A DNA stretch of 64,000 bases from an uncultured Actinomycetota bacterium (GCA_963819215.1 CAWFVK010000001.1:114671-178670), one strand, 5' to 3'; positions 53,571-64,000 are shown, numbered from the stretch's first letter. The notes: generated from the sequence alone by a model not told the origin. Numbers and translations are program-made.

Positions 53571-54404
53571 CTAGCCCTCGCCTGGCGGGATCGTCACGGT
53601 GAGGGTGGCGCGCTTCTGCGCCGCCGACGAACCGGTGCGCGCCGCCCAGCTCTTCGCCCCGCGCATCCAGGCAGGCAGCCCGGCGGGCAGGTCACCCTCG
53701 GGGATCGCGCCGTGCTCGGCCGCAGTGATGCCGTCGCCGTAGTGGACGAGCGGGGTCGGGACGTCCGGGGTGAGCACACCGGGGCCAGGCGCGGTGATGA
53801 GGTCGAGCCCCTTGTTCCAGCTCTCGCACAGCCGTTTCATCGCCGCCGCGAAGGTGGTCTGCCCGCTCGCGCTCGCGGAGTCCGGATAGGTCGGATGGAG
53901 CACGTTGGCGTACCGCCAGGGTGCCGGCGCCGTCCCGGGGACAGCCCGCCAGGCCTGGTAGGTCTCGTCGGCGAGGGTCCCCAGCGAGACCACGACCTGC
54001 AGCGGGTTGTCGGCGGCGATCGCGTCGAACCAGGCGAACCGGTCAGCCAGGATCAGCGGGTCCTTGTGGTGCTTGGTCCCTCCGCTCTGGCCGTACACCG
54101 AGTAGAGGAACGTGTTGACGAACACGTACGACGTCGTCATGCCCAGCTTGTCGAGGAAGCCCTGGATCCGTTGCCCAGCCTCGCCGACGAGGACCCGGCG
54201 GGCGACGTCCTCGTGCGTCGCAGGGTCCTGGCCGATGACCAGGATCCGAGCCGTGCCGTCGAGGCGCCCCCGATGGAAGATCGGGCCCCACTCGGTGCGG
54301 AACGCCGCAGGCGGGTAGGCGTCCTCGCCGGGATAGCCCTCGACCAGTGCCCGGTACGGAGCGCGGTCGTAGCCGGGGCAGAACGGGTGCGACGGAGCAG
54401 TCAT
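53571..54404 (-). CDS. Uracil-DNA glycosylase superfamily protein
   Basis: ILVIGQDP, LVGEAGQR, VNT, VVSLG, HPT. Confidence 0.82.
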   Translation of the reverse strand: MTAPSHPFCPGYDRAPYRALVEGYPGEDAYPPAAFRTEWGPIFHRGRLDGTARILVIGQDPATHEDVARRVLVGEAGQRIQGFLDKLGMTTSYVFVNTFLYSVYGQSGGTKHHKDPLILADRFAWFDAIAADNPLQVVVSLGTLADETYQAWRAVPGTAPAPWRYANVLHPTYPDSASASGQTTFAAAMKRLCESWNKGLDLITAPGPGVLTPDVPTPLVHYGDGITAAEHGAIPEGDLPAGLPAWMRGAKSWAARTGSSAAQKRATLTVTIPPGEG

Positions 54405-54442
54405 CGGGGCGCCGTCCTTTCAAGGGTGAGCAGCTGGCAGGG

Positions 54443-56040
54443 CTAGGCCGGCTTGAGCGCGAGCAGTCCGGCCCGGACGTCGGGCGGCAGGTTCACCTCG
54501 GTGCCGAGGGTGTCGTAGTAGTGCGGGTTGTCGACCGCGGTGAGGGGGTCGAGGGTGAGCGCCGGCAGGTTCGGCGGCGGTCCCGCCAGAGCCGGTGGAG
54601 CGGTGGGGTCCTGGTAGTTCGGGCCCGTCACCTCGCCGTGGAAGGGCAGGTGCGGTCGCGAGGACATGTGGTTGTCGACGAGCCCGTCCACCGCCAGTCG
54701 CAGGTGGCGGGCCGGCAACGCGGTGACCTTCGCGGTCGGCAGGTCGTGCAGCGCCTGGGTGAGCACCGAGCGCGCCTGCGCGAGGGACATCGCTGCCACC
54801 GTCGGGTCGGCCGTCGGCTCGACGAGGTTCAGGACGTGCTGGTGCCCGCCCACGGTGACCTTCTCCGGGTGGGCGGCGGCGGCCGTGAGCCCGAGCGATC
54901 GCATCAGCTTCGAGCTCCCCACCCGCGGCACGCCCTGGATCGCGACCAGGTCCAGATCTGCCTCCGTCGCCTCCAGCAGCGCGGCATAGGGGTCAGTGGT
55001 GGTTCCGTGCACCACCACGAAGTCGGCGCGGTAGCCGGCCTGCAGCCGACCGATCTGGCTCCCCCACCCCAGCATGGCCGCCGGCGTGCTGGTCACCATC
55101 GCGACCAGGTCAGCGCTCGACAGGTCGAGCTGCTGCACCTCGACGACGAGCCGTGCCACCTTCAGCTCGCCGAGCAGGTTCTTGCTCCCCGACGGAGCCC
55201 AGTCCGAGCCGAGCGCCACCGGCACCTGGTGGGCGAGCGCCGCCCCGACGTCGGCGGTCTGCCCGTACAGCAGGAGGTTCGACAGCGGCGACCAGACCAT
55301 GCTGCCGCCGTGCGCGGCCAGGACACCGAAGTCCGCGTCCGTCAGCGCCACGCAGTGGATGCCGATCAGGTTGTCGGTGATCGCCCACGTCCCCGGGTGG
55401 ACCTGCAACGCGGCGAAGTGCTTCGCCGCGGAGTCGTCGGTGCCCTCGGCGAGGTGCAGGATCAGCTTCTTGTCGCCCGAGACGCGTTCGAGGAACTTCT
55501 CGGCGTCGGTCGCCTCGACGTCCGCGATGTGCGTGAGCGCCGCCGGGAGCTTCGGGTCGCCGGTGGACTCGACGTTGCGGACCAGGCCGCGGAAGTGGCT
55601 GACGATGCTCGGGCTGTTGGCGAGCGTGATGCCCTGGCTCGTGGTGGTGCCGCCGAGCAGGCAGCGCGTCTCGGCGAACCGCACCACCGCAGCGGCGACC
55701 TCCGGTTGCGAGCCGAGCACCTGCATCGGACCGGTGATCAACCTGCGGTAGTCGGGGTTGCCCGGGCCGCTCCACTGGTCCCGGTTGCCGTAGACGTGCG
55801 GCACCTGCCACAGCGAGAGGACGTCATACGGGAGATGGTTGTGGAGCTCGACGAGCCCGGGGAAGATCGTGCCGCCGGTGGCGTGACCGTGACGTCCTCG
55901 AAGCCCGCCGGAGCCGGGTCGGTGCGCGGGCGGACGTCGACGACCAAGCCGTCCTCGACGTAGAGGACGGCGTCGTCCAGCACCGTGCGGTGGTCGTCCA
56001 TCGTCACGATGCGTCCAGCCAGTGCCAGGCTCCCGCTCAC
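54443..56040 (-). CDS. Metal-dependent amidohydrolase, deaminase-type (one frameshift near 55880)
   Basis: IFPGLVELHNH, GGTTT, HLAEG, GIHC, WSPLSN, LGSD, GRLQAGYRADF. Confidence 0.85.
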
Positions 56041-56094
56041 CTCGACCAGAGTGGCACCAGCGCCGGCAGATACAAGGCCTAGCTCGGCTGCTGC

Positions 56095-57375
56095 CTAGAG
56101 CGGCTGCAGCAGCTCGCGGCCCCCGAGGTACGGGCGCAGCGCCGGCGGAACCTGCACCGAGCCGTCAGCCTGCTGGTGGTTCTCGAGCAGGCGACGATCG
56201 TCCGCGTCATCGCGCACAGCGTGCCGTTGAGCGGTGGCGACCGGCGCGACGCCGTCGTCGGTGCGCCAGCGGATGGCGAGCCGCCGGGACTGGAACTCGG
56301 TGCAGTTCGACGTCGAGGTGAGCTCGCGGTAGCGCGCCCTGCGTCGGGAACCACGCCTCGCAGTCGAACTTGCGCGCGGCGCTGACGAGCCGAGGTCGCC
56401 GGTCGCGACGTCGAGCACCTGGAACGGCAGCTCGAGCTTGTCGAGGAACTCCTTCTCCCAGCCGAGCAGCCGCGGGTGCTCGGCCTCGGCGTCCTCGGGC
56501 GGCAGTACGAGAACATCTCGACCTTGTCGAACCAGTGCACCCGGATGATGCCCTCGGGTGTCCTTGCCGTAGCGAGCCGGCCTCGCGCCGGAAGCAGGGC
56601 GAGAAGCCGGCGTAGCGGCGCGGCAGCGAGGCGGCGTCGAGGATCTCGTCCATGTGGTACGCCGCGAGCGGGACCTCGGCCGTGCCGACGAGGTAGAGGT
56701 CGTCGTCCTCCAGCCGGTAGACTCTCGGCGGCGTGGCCGAGGAAGCCGGTGCCCTCCATCGCCTCCGGCTTGACCAGCGCCGGCGGCGATGACCGGCGTG
56801 AAGCCGGCCTCGACCGCCTGGCTGATCGCGAGGTTGACCAGCGCGAGCTCCAGCAGCGCGCCGACGCCGGTGAGGAAGTAGAAGCGCGAGCCGGAGACCT
56901 TCGCGCCGCGCTCGAGGTCGATGGCGCCGAGCGCCGTGCCGAGCTCGACGTGGTCGCGCGGGGTGAAGCCCTCGGCCGCGAAGTCGCGCGGCGTGCCGAC
57001 GTGGGTCGATGACGACGGTAGTCGTCCTCGCCGCCGACCGGGGCGTCCGGGTGCGACCAGGTTGCGAGAGCTTGAGCAGCAGCTGCGACGCCTCCGCGGC
57101 GGCCTCGTCCCGCTCGGCCTCGGCCTCGCGTGACGGCGGCCTCGAGCTCCTTGGCCCGCGTCGAGCAGCGCGGTCTTCTCCTCGCCCTTCGCGGCAGCGA
57201 CCTGCTTGCCGAGGGCCTTCTGCTCGCCGCGCAACGTCTCGAAGGCGACGCCGACGAGCCGGCGGCGTTCGTCGGCGGCGACCAGCGCGTCGACCAGCGA
57301 CTCGTCCTCACCGCGGGCGCGCTGCGAGGCACGGACGAGGTCGGGGTTCTCGCGGACGGCGCGGAGGTCGATCAC
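56095..57375 (-). CDS. serS: Serine--tRNA ligase (multiple indels)
   Basis: [65 protein letters not shown]. Confidence 0.95.
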   Translation of the reverse strand: MIDLRAVRENPDLVRASQRARGEDESLVDALVAADERRRLVGVAFETLRGEQKALGKQVAAAKGEEKTALLDAGQGARGRRHARPRPSGTRPPRRRRSCCSSSRNLVAPGRPGRRRGRLPSSSTHVGTPRDFAAEGFTPRDHVELGTALGAIDLERGAKVSGSRFYFLTGVGALLELALVNLAISQAVEAGFTPVIAAGAGQAGGDGGHRLPRPRRRESTGWRTTTSTSSARPRSRSRRTTWTRSSTPPRCRAATPASRPASGARPARYGKDTRGHHPGALVRQGRDVLVLPPEDAEAEHPRLLGWEKEFLDKLELPFQVLDVATGDLGSSAPRASSTARRGSRRRARYRELTSTSNCTEFQSRRLAIRWRTDDGVAPVATAQRHAVRDDADDRRLLENHQQADGSVQVPPALRPYLGGRELLQPL

Positions 57376-57432
57376 GTCGTCACCCTACCGGCGCCCGGAA
57401 CGGCCAGAGCGGCGGTTCAGCTGGGCCGCGAC

Positions 57433-58421
57433 TCAGACCCGGCCGTCACGGATGCGCGCGAGCCAGGCCTGGCCCTCGCTGTACTCGCCGTCGGACACCC
57501 CGCGCCGCAGCGCCGGCCGGACCTGGTCGACCCGGGGGTAGGAGCCGAGGTACCGGACCTCGGCGCAGATCCGGTGCAGGCCGATGAGCGCCTCGCCGAC
57601 CCTGGCCTCGTCGACGTGGCCCTCGGCGTCGATCGAGAAGAAGTAGTCGACCCATGCCCGCCGCCGGTCGGCCGCGACTCGATCCGGGTGAGGTTGACGC
57701 CGCGCACCGCGAACTCGGTGAGGATCTCGAGCAGCGCGCCGGGGTGGTCGTCGCTCGATGACGAGCACGAGCGAGGTCTTGTCGGAGCCGGTGACGGGCT
57801 CCGGGACGACCGGGCTTCGAGACCAGCACGAACCGGGTCTGCGCGCCCACGACGTCGTGCACGCCGTCGGCGAGGACCTCCAGCCCGTAGCACGTCCGCG
57901 GCGAACGCACCCGCCAGCGCGGCGTCGTACTCGACCCTCCGCGACCAGCCGCGCGCCGTCGGCGTTGGACGCCGCCGGCATCCACTGCGCCTGCCGGCAG
58001 GTTCGCGGCGCAGCCAGTTGCGGCACTGCGGCTGCGGCGTGCGGGATGGTCGACGACCGTCCGGACCTCGGGCAGCGTCGTGCCCGGCCGGGCGAGCAGC
58101 GCGAACGACACCGAGAGCAACGTCTCGCGGACGACTACAGCGGGTCGCCGAAGGCGAGCCCGTCCAGCACCGCGGTGACCGAGCCCTCGACCGAGTTCTC
58201 CAGGGCGACCATCCCGCGCGACTGCCGCGCCGTCCCTGACCGCGGCGAGCACGGCCTCGACGCTCGCGAAGGGCAGGAGCGGTGGCGCCGTCCAGCCGGC
58301 CGGTCTCGCGCAGGCAGGACACCAGCGCGGCCTCGGTGAACGTGCCCTCCGGGCCGAGGTAGGCGTAGCCGCGGCTGGCGTCGTCCAGCTGGTCGGGCTC
58401 GGTCGCGGGCGGCTCGCTCAT
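57433..58421 (-). CDS. pheA: Prephenate dehydratase (multiple indels)
   Basis: YLGPEGTFTE, ENSVEG, AQTRFVLV, DHPGALLEIL, NLTRIESRP, LGSYP. Confidence 0.92.
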
Positions 58422-59027
58422 GCCTGCTCCGACGGCTCGCGGCTCTGCGGTCCGGCCGTCGAGCGACTGCTCGTCCGGCTGCTGCGCACCCGCCTTGCCT
58501 GCCGGCTTGCGGGCCGCACGCGGGGTGACGACCGTGGGCGGGTTCCCCCGCAGCGCCCAGCCGACGACCTGCTCCTCCTCGGGCGAGAGCTGGGCCTCCG
58601 ACGAGCCGCTCTTGATCCCCTTGGCGTAGGTCCGCGTCTCGCTGCGACCGTTGATCGAGCTGAAGACCAGGCCGTCGCCGGCGTCGTCGAGCAGCGCGGC
58701 CGAGAACGAGAGCCGCCCGCCCATGTCGCCGAACGCGTCGTAGCGCACGACCGCGACGTGCCGGATCGCGTCGGCGAGGTCCGTGCGGACCTGGTCGACG
58801 CCAGTGGACAGCGAGCCGACCTCGGCCCTGAGCTCCGCGACGCGCTCCTGGGTGCGTGCGGCGGCATCGACGAACGAGCCCTTGGTGCCGTCTCCCTGCA
58901 GGACGGAGTAGAGCCGGCGCATGCGGCCGAGCCGGATCGTGGCGACCAGTGCGAGGAGCAAGCCGAGCACGCCCACCGCAGCCCCCGCGACTGCGACGAT
59001 GCTCGTGACGGACGGGTCGAGCGACAC
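58418..59027 (-). CDS. DUF4446 family membrane-anchored protein
   Basis: N-terminal TM, VVRYDAFGDMGGRLSFSAALLD, RTYAK, LSPEE. Confidence 0.85.
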
Positions 59028-59092
59028 GGTGCTCCTGGCTGGACCAAAACGCGGACGGGTTCGATGAAGGGTAGCCCGCTAGGGTCCGACTC

Positions 59093-59852
59093 ATGACGCA
59101 GGAGACGCCGGGGGTCGTTGACCTGGGATACGCCCGGCTGGACGTCCAGCGTGCCGACCGCACCGGCGACCCCGAGGTCGTGCTCGGCACCGGCAAGACT
59201 CCCGAGCAGGTCGTCGAGCTGCTCACCCGGCTGCACGCGGCCCACCCCGACCGAGCCGTGCTGGCGACCAGGCTCGAGCCGGCGGCGCTGCAGGCCGTCG
59301 AGGCCAGCTGCCCCGGGGCCGTGCTCGACCGGCCGGCACGGGCAGCCGCCTGGGGACCGCTGCCGGCCGCGTCCGGCCTCGTCCGCGTCGTCGCCGCGGG
59401 GACCTCGGACGGCCCGGTCGCGGCGGAGGCCGCGTTCACCGCGCGCGTCTTCGGCGCGGGGGTGGCCCGGATCGACGACGTCGGGGTGGCGGGCATCCAT
59501 CGCCTGCTGGCCGTCCAGGCCGAGCTCGATGACGCGGACTGCCTGATCGTGGTCGCCGGGATGGAGGGCGCGCTGCCCTCGGTCGTCGGCGGTCTCACCG
59601 GGGTGCCCGTCGTGGCGGTGCCCACCTCGCGTCGGCTACGGCGCATCGTTCGACGGGCTGGCCGCGCTGCTCGCCATGCTCAACTCCTGCGCGCCCGGGA
59701 TCGTCGTGACCAACATCGACAACGGCTTCGGGGCTGGCGTGTTCGCTGCCAGGGTGGCCCGGCGGGCGGCTCCCCGACCGGCGTCCGGCCCTGCTTCCCG
59801 ACCCGCTCACTCAGCTGCTCGAGGCTCGGCCGACGAGCGGGCGACGTCGTGA
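59093..59852 (+). CDS. larB: Nickel-pincer cofactor biosynthesis protein LarB (one frameshift)
   Basis: [59 protein letters not shown]. Confidence 0.92.
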
Positions 59853-61035
59853 CGGCTGCCTGGTTCCAGTGCGCCGCGGGCGCGAGCGGGGACATGCTCC
59901 TCGGGGCGCTGCTGGACGTCGGTGCCTCGCTCACGGCCGTCCAGGGTGCTGTCGATGCGGTGGGCGTGGATCCCGTCCGCATCTCGGTCCACCCGGTCGA
60001 GCGGCACGGCGTCGGCGCGAGCAAGGCAGAGGTCGAGGCTCCGCCCTCCGACGTCCTTCGCACCTGGGCGGACGTGCGCGAGCTGCTCGAGCGCGCGCCG
60101 CTCGCCGAGCCCGTCCGGACGCGCGCGCTCGACGTGTTCGCTCGCCTCGCGAGGGCCGAGGGTGCCGTCCACCGGGTCCCCGCGGACGAGGTGCACTTCC
60201 ACGAGGTCGGGGCGCTCGACGCCATCGCTGACGTCGTCGGGGTGAGCGCTGCCTTGGTCGACCTCGGCATCGACGACGTGACGTGCTCGGCGGTGGCGCT
60301 GGGCTCCGGGCTGACCCGCTCCTCGCACGGCGTGCTCGTCGTGCCGGCGCCCGCCGTCGTGGCCATCCTGGCCGAGGCGGGCGCACCGGTGTACTCCGGC
60401 GCCGAGGAGGTCGAGCTCTGCACGCCGACGGGGGCCGCCGTCCTCGCCTCGGTGACCGGCGCCTGGGGTGGCCTCCCGCTCGGCCGGCTGCTGCGGTCCG
60501 GCTACGGCGCTGGCACCCGCGAGCTCGAAGGAGTCCCGAACCTGCTGCGGGTGGTGCTGCTCGAGCGCGTCAGCCCGGCGACGAGGCAGCGCCCACCGAG
60601 CTCGTGATCGAGGCGAACGTCGACGACCTCGACCCTCGGCTCTGGCCGGCGGTGCTCGCCCGGCTGCTCGCCGCCGGTGCGGCAGACGCGTGGCTCGCAC
60701 CGGTCCTGATGAAGAAGGGCCGGCCGGCCCAGGTGCTCTCCGTGCTGGTCGAGCCCGCGCTCGCCGACGTCGTGCGGCGGGTGGTCTTCACCGAGACCTC
60801 GACCCTCGGCGTGCGCGAGCACCTCGTGGACAAGCGTGCCCTCGAGCGTGGGTTCGTGACCGTGCAGGTCGACGGGCATGCTGTACGGGTGAAGACGGCA
60901 CGGTTCGAGGGCGCGGTGGTGAACGTCCAGCCCGAGTACGAGGACGTCATGGCCGTGGCCGAGGACACCGGGCGTCCGGTGAAGGCCGTGCTCGCCGCGG
61001 CGGCCGCAGCCGCGCACGGCCTCGGGATCGGATGA
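59849..61035 (+). CDS. larC: Nickel-pincer cofactor biosynthesis protein LarC (frame break at the C1/C2 boundary)
   Basis: [36 protein letters not shown]; then [25 protein letters not shown]. Confidence 0.92.
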
Positions 61036-61042
61036 GGCAGCC

Positions 61043-62260
61043 GTGGTGATCGTCCGGTGGCTGGCCGCGATCGCCGGCACCGCAGTGGTGATCGGCACGA
61101 TCTCCAGCGTGCTGCGCAACCTCGTCGTCCCGCGGCGGCTGCGCTCCAAGCTGGCCAGGCTCGTCAGTCGTGGGGTGCGCGCACCTTTCCGGCTGGCCGC
61201 GGCCCGGACCCCCTCGTACGAGCGCCGCGACGCCTTCCTGGCCTGGGCGGCGCCGATCACCATCATCGTGATCCTGGTCGTGTGGCTGCTGCTGTTCCTC
61301 CTCGGCTACGGCCTGCTCATCGTCGCGGTCAGCGACCTGCGCCTCGGCGCCGCGCTCAGGGAGGCCGGCTCGAGCCTGTTCACCCTGGGCTTCGCCTCGA
61401 CCGACCGCAGCCAGCTCACCTTCGTCGACTTCGCCGCCGCGCTCACCGGCCCGATCGTCATCGGCCTGCAGATCGGCTACCTGCCGGCGCTGTACAGCGC
61501 GTACAACCGGCGCGAGACCGAGGTCACGATGCTGGAGGCCCGGGCCGGCGAGCCGAACTGGGGCCCGGAGATCCTCGGCCGGCACGCTGGGGTGAACTCG
61601 CTGACGAACCTCACCGACCTCTACAGCGGCTGGGAGCGGTGGGCCGCGGACGTCTCCGAGAGCCACTCCAACTACCCGGTCCTCATCTACTTCCGCTCGC
61701 AGGAGCCGACGCGCAACTGGCTGGTGGGTCTGCTGTCGGTGATGGACTCCGCGGCGCTGACCCTCGCGTTCAACCCGAGCGGGCGGCAGGGTGCGCCGCG
61801 GATGGCGCTGCGGATGGGGTTCACCTGCATGCGTGACCTGGCGGACACCCTCGGCATCCCCTACGAGCAGGACCCGAGCCCCGACGACCCCATCACCTTG
61901 ACGTACGACGAGTTCCTGCAGGGCGTGGCGCGGATGGCCCGGTCCGGCTACCCGATGGAGCGGACGCCCGAGGAAGCCTGGCTGCACTTTCGTGGGTGGC
62001 GGGTCAACTACGAGGCCATCGCCTACGCCATCGCGTACACGATCGAAGCCGTGCCCGCCCTGTGGAGCGGTCCGCGACGTGGCGTCGAGACCGCGTTGGA
62101 GCCGATCGCGCCGGTCAACCGCGAGCCCGGGGGTGCACGGGGTGCCCCGACCGGCTGGCGGAGCGCGGACAACCCGGCGGACCCGGCCGTCGACGCGTCG
62201 GACTCGATCCGGCCGGCCGACGACCTGCCCCCGCTCGCCCCCACGGACCACCGGCCTTGA
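61043..62260 (+). CDS. Membrane protein with a 2-TM ion-channel-like core
   Basis: TM - EAGSSLFTLGF pore-like segment - TM, then IGYLPALYSAYNRRE and ESH..YPVL.YFR. Confidence 0.65.
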   Translation: MVIVRWLAAIAGTAVVIGTISSVLRNLVVPRRLRSKLARLVSRGVRAPFRLAAARTPSYERRDAFLAWAAPITIIVILVVWLLLFLLGYGLLIVAVSDLRLGAALREAGSSLFTLGFASTDRSQLTFVDFAAALTGPIVIGLQIGYLPALYSAYNRRETEVTMLEARAGEPNWGPEILGRHAGVNSLTNLTDLYSGWERWAADVSESHSNYPVLIYFRSQEPTRNWLVGLLSVMDSAALTLAFNPSGRQGAPRMALRMGFTCMRDLADTLGIPYEQDPSPDDPITLTYDEFLQGVARMARSGYPMERTPEEAWLHFRGWRVNYEAIAYAIAYTIEAVPALWSGPRRGVETALEPIAPVNREPGGARGAPTGWRSADNPADPAVDASDSIRPADDLPPLAPTDHRP

Positions 62261-62874
62261 GCGCTCTCGCGCTCGACCTCTCGGTGATGGCCACCACGTT
62301 CGTCGTCATCTTCCCGGCGGAGCTTCCTGACAAGACACTGGTCGCGACCCTGGTGCTCGCGACGCGCTTCAAGCCGCTGCCGGTCTGGGTCGGCGTCTCG
62401 CTGGCCTTCGCCGTGCAGTGCTTCGTCGCTGTCACCTTCGGCGGCCTGCTCGCGCTGCTGCCCCGCGCGGCCGTGCTCTTCTTCGCCGGCGCCCTCTTCG
62501 CGGTCGGCGCGGTGATCATGTACCGCGGTGCCGCGGCCGCCGCCGAGGACGCGGCCTCGGAGGAGGCGGAGGTCGCTGCCGCGGCGCCTGGCTCCACCCG
62601 AGCGGTCGTCACGAGCTTCCTCGTGCTGTTCGCGGCGGAGTGGGGCGACCTCTCGCAGCTGGTCACCGCCGGCCTCGCTGCGCGCTACGACGAACCGCTC
62701 TCGGTCTTCATCGGCTCGCTCGCGGCGCTGTGCACGATCGCCGCCCTCGCCGTGCTCGCCGGTCGGCAGCTCGCCGAGCGGCTCCCCCTGGTGCTGATCC
62801 GGCGGATCGCGGCCGGGCTCTTCGCGTTGCTGTCCGTCGTGACGCTGGTCGAGGCCGTGCACTCACTGCACTGA
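62257..62874 (+). CDS. TMEM165/GDT1 (UPF0016) cation transporter
   Basis: Two motifs AELPDKT and AEWGDLSQ; six TM segments. Confidence 0.9.
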   Translation: MSALALDLSVMATTFVVIFPAELPDKTLVATLVLATRFKPLPVWVGVSLAFAVQCFVAVTFGGLLALLPRAAVLFFAGALFAVGAVIMYRGAAAAAEDAASEEAEVAAAAPGSTRAVVTSFLVLFAAEWGDLSQLVTAGLAARYDEPLSVFIGSLAALCTIAALAVLAGRQLAERLPLVLIRRIAAGLFALLSVVTLVEAVHSLH

Positions 62875-63056
62875 CGCTGCGCCGGGCCCCGGCTGTCATG
62901 AACCGACAGCCCATTCAGCTACGCAGAGTGGCACGGCGTTGCTCCCCGTACTGCCTCTTCCGCCATCCGGGCGGAGGGGCGCAAGGGCGGCTAGCGTGGA
63001 CATCCGGAGTGACGACTTCACCACCACCCGCACCACCTCCTGGGGGGCAAGGCCAC

Positions 63057-64000
63057 ATGCGTCGATCGCTGCTGGTCGGCTCCCTCGCACTCGTCCTCGT
63101 CGTCACGGGCGGTGCAGCGGGCAGCGCCGCCGCGGCGGAAGGAACCGACGCAGCATCAGGCGCCGGCACGCAGGGAACGGCCGCGTCATCGGCCAGCGGT
63201 CCGCTGGTTCAGGTCACCCTGCAGCTGGCGCAGCCGAACGCGCCGCAGCTGAAGGCTCTCGGGCGGGCTCGGGGTCTGTCGCGGGCGGCGCGGCTGGCTC
63301 GCCTGAGCGCCCTGCTGCCGTCGACAGCGACCCGGTCGAGCGTGGCGGCAGCCGCGGCAGCCGCGGGCCTGACCGTCGTGCGGAGCTCGCCGGTAGCCAT
63401 CACCGTCAACGGTACCCAGGCCAGCGTGCGCGCGGCCTTCGGCGACCCGAGCGCCCGATCTGGTCCGCGACCGGCAGCGCTGCACGTACCAGCCTCGATG
63501 CAAGGCATGGTCGCCGCCGCAGTCAGCAGCGAGCAGCGCGTCGTCCAGCAGCCCGCGTTCACCCCGACGACGACGGACGGAAAGCAGGCGGCCGCTGTCT
63601 ACCACGCGCCGGTCGCACCGCCGATCGGCGGCAGCACTCAGACAGTCGCGACGATCCAGCTCACCGGCTGGGACCCGGGTGATCTCACGCAGTACGCCGC
63701 GGACCACAGCGAGCCGCTCGGTGACCCGGTGGCGAGCGGCCAGTACACCGCCGTGCCGATCGACGGTGCCGAGCCGGACGTGCTCGACGGCTCCGGGAAC
63801 GACGTGGAGGTGGCGCTCGACCAGGAGTCGATCCTGGACACGGCGCCGTACGCGAAGCAGCGCGTCTACTTCGCCCCCGACCTCAGCGAGCAGAACTTCA
63901 TCGACGCCTTCGATGCTGTCGCCGCCGATGCCGTGGATCCCGCAGCCGGGTTCTCGCTGACCGCCCTCAGCGTCTCCTGGGGCTCGTGCGAGGACAACAA
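63057..64000 (+). CDS. Secreted S53 (sedolisin) peptidase with prodomain, truncated by the window end
   Basis: Manually translated: signal MRRSLLVGSLALVLVV, prodomain, EVALDQE (E-x3-D), LSVSWGSCE. Confidence 0.85.
   Translation, partial: MRRSLLVGSLALVLVVTGGAAGSAAAAEGTDAASGAGTQGTAASSASGPLVQVTLQLAQPNAPQLKALGRARGLSRAARLARLSALLPSTATRSSVAAAAAAAGLTVVRSSPVAITVNGTQASVRAAFGDPSARSGPRPAALHVPASMQGMVAAAVSSEQRVVQQPAFTPTTTDGKQAAAVYHAPVAPPIGGSTQTVATIQLTGWDPGDLTQYAADHSEPLGDPVASGQYTAVPIDGAEPDVLDGSGNDVEVALDQESILDTAPYAKQRVYFAPDLSEQNFIDAFDAVAADAVDPAAGFSLTALSVSWGSCEDN

Noticed and set aside
56095-58421. serS and pheA (and many genes at 0.3-6.3, 17.5-18.6, 25-29.5 and 42-48.5 kb) as pseudogenes or recoding sites
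   Set aside because: All motifs are intact across frames and serS is essential; the single-base indels cluster in patches, as expected for long-read consensus error.
57417-59027. DUF4446-PheA fusion
   Set aside because: A TGA overlapping the pheA ATG (58418-58421) exists in the neighbouring frame and the region is indel-rich, so two coupled genes is the simpler reading.
59093-60607. LarB-LarC fusion protein
   Set aside because: An extra base near 59630 breaks the conserved VPTS-VGYG; correcting it gives a normal larB stop at 59852 overlapping the larC GTG.

Overview
Very GC-rich actinobacterial chromosome segment. Indels are frequent and patchy, even in the essential gene serS, so I read most frameshifts as long-read consensus errors and annotated genes across them; coordinates of such genes are approximate. 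The backbone is tRNA-Ser(UGA), mobA-like, DUF6457-moeA-qor, bpa, Cof hydrolase, serS-pheA-DUF4446 and larB-larC. Accessory modules interrupt it: a TetR/SDR/saccharopine-dehydrogenase-like/CoA-ligase cluster; a ~1400-aa secreted protein with tandem malectin and PKD domains; phhA; tdh-kbl; an acyl-CoA dehydrogenase pair; an Atu-like (acyclic terpene) operon with a perfect 30-bp operator palindrome; and a ~20-kb patchwork between Cof and serS (trpB2, MerR module, VapBC, MFS/AfsR, ArsR-SRPBCC, hsdR relic, Fic, PrmC-like). The best candidate for an undescribed system is a two-gene unit at 53571-56040 pairing a deaminase-type amidohydrolase with a GQDP-type uracil-DNA-glycosylase-fold protein. Other candidates are a DUF1295 / aminoacyl-phosphatidylglycerol-synthase-like fusion, a MobA-GNAT fusion and a larBC-channel-GDT1 operon. 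No CRISPR array, integrase or transposase was seen. All family assignments come from motif recognition by eye, not database searches.
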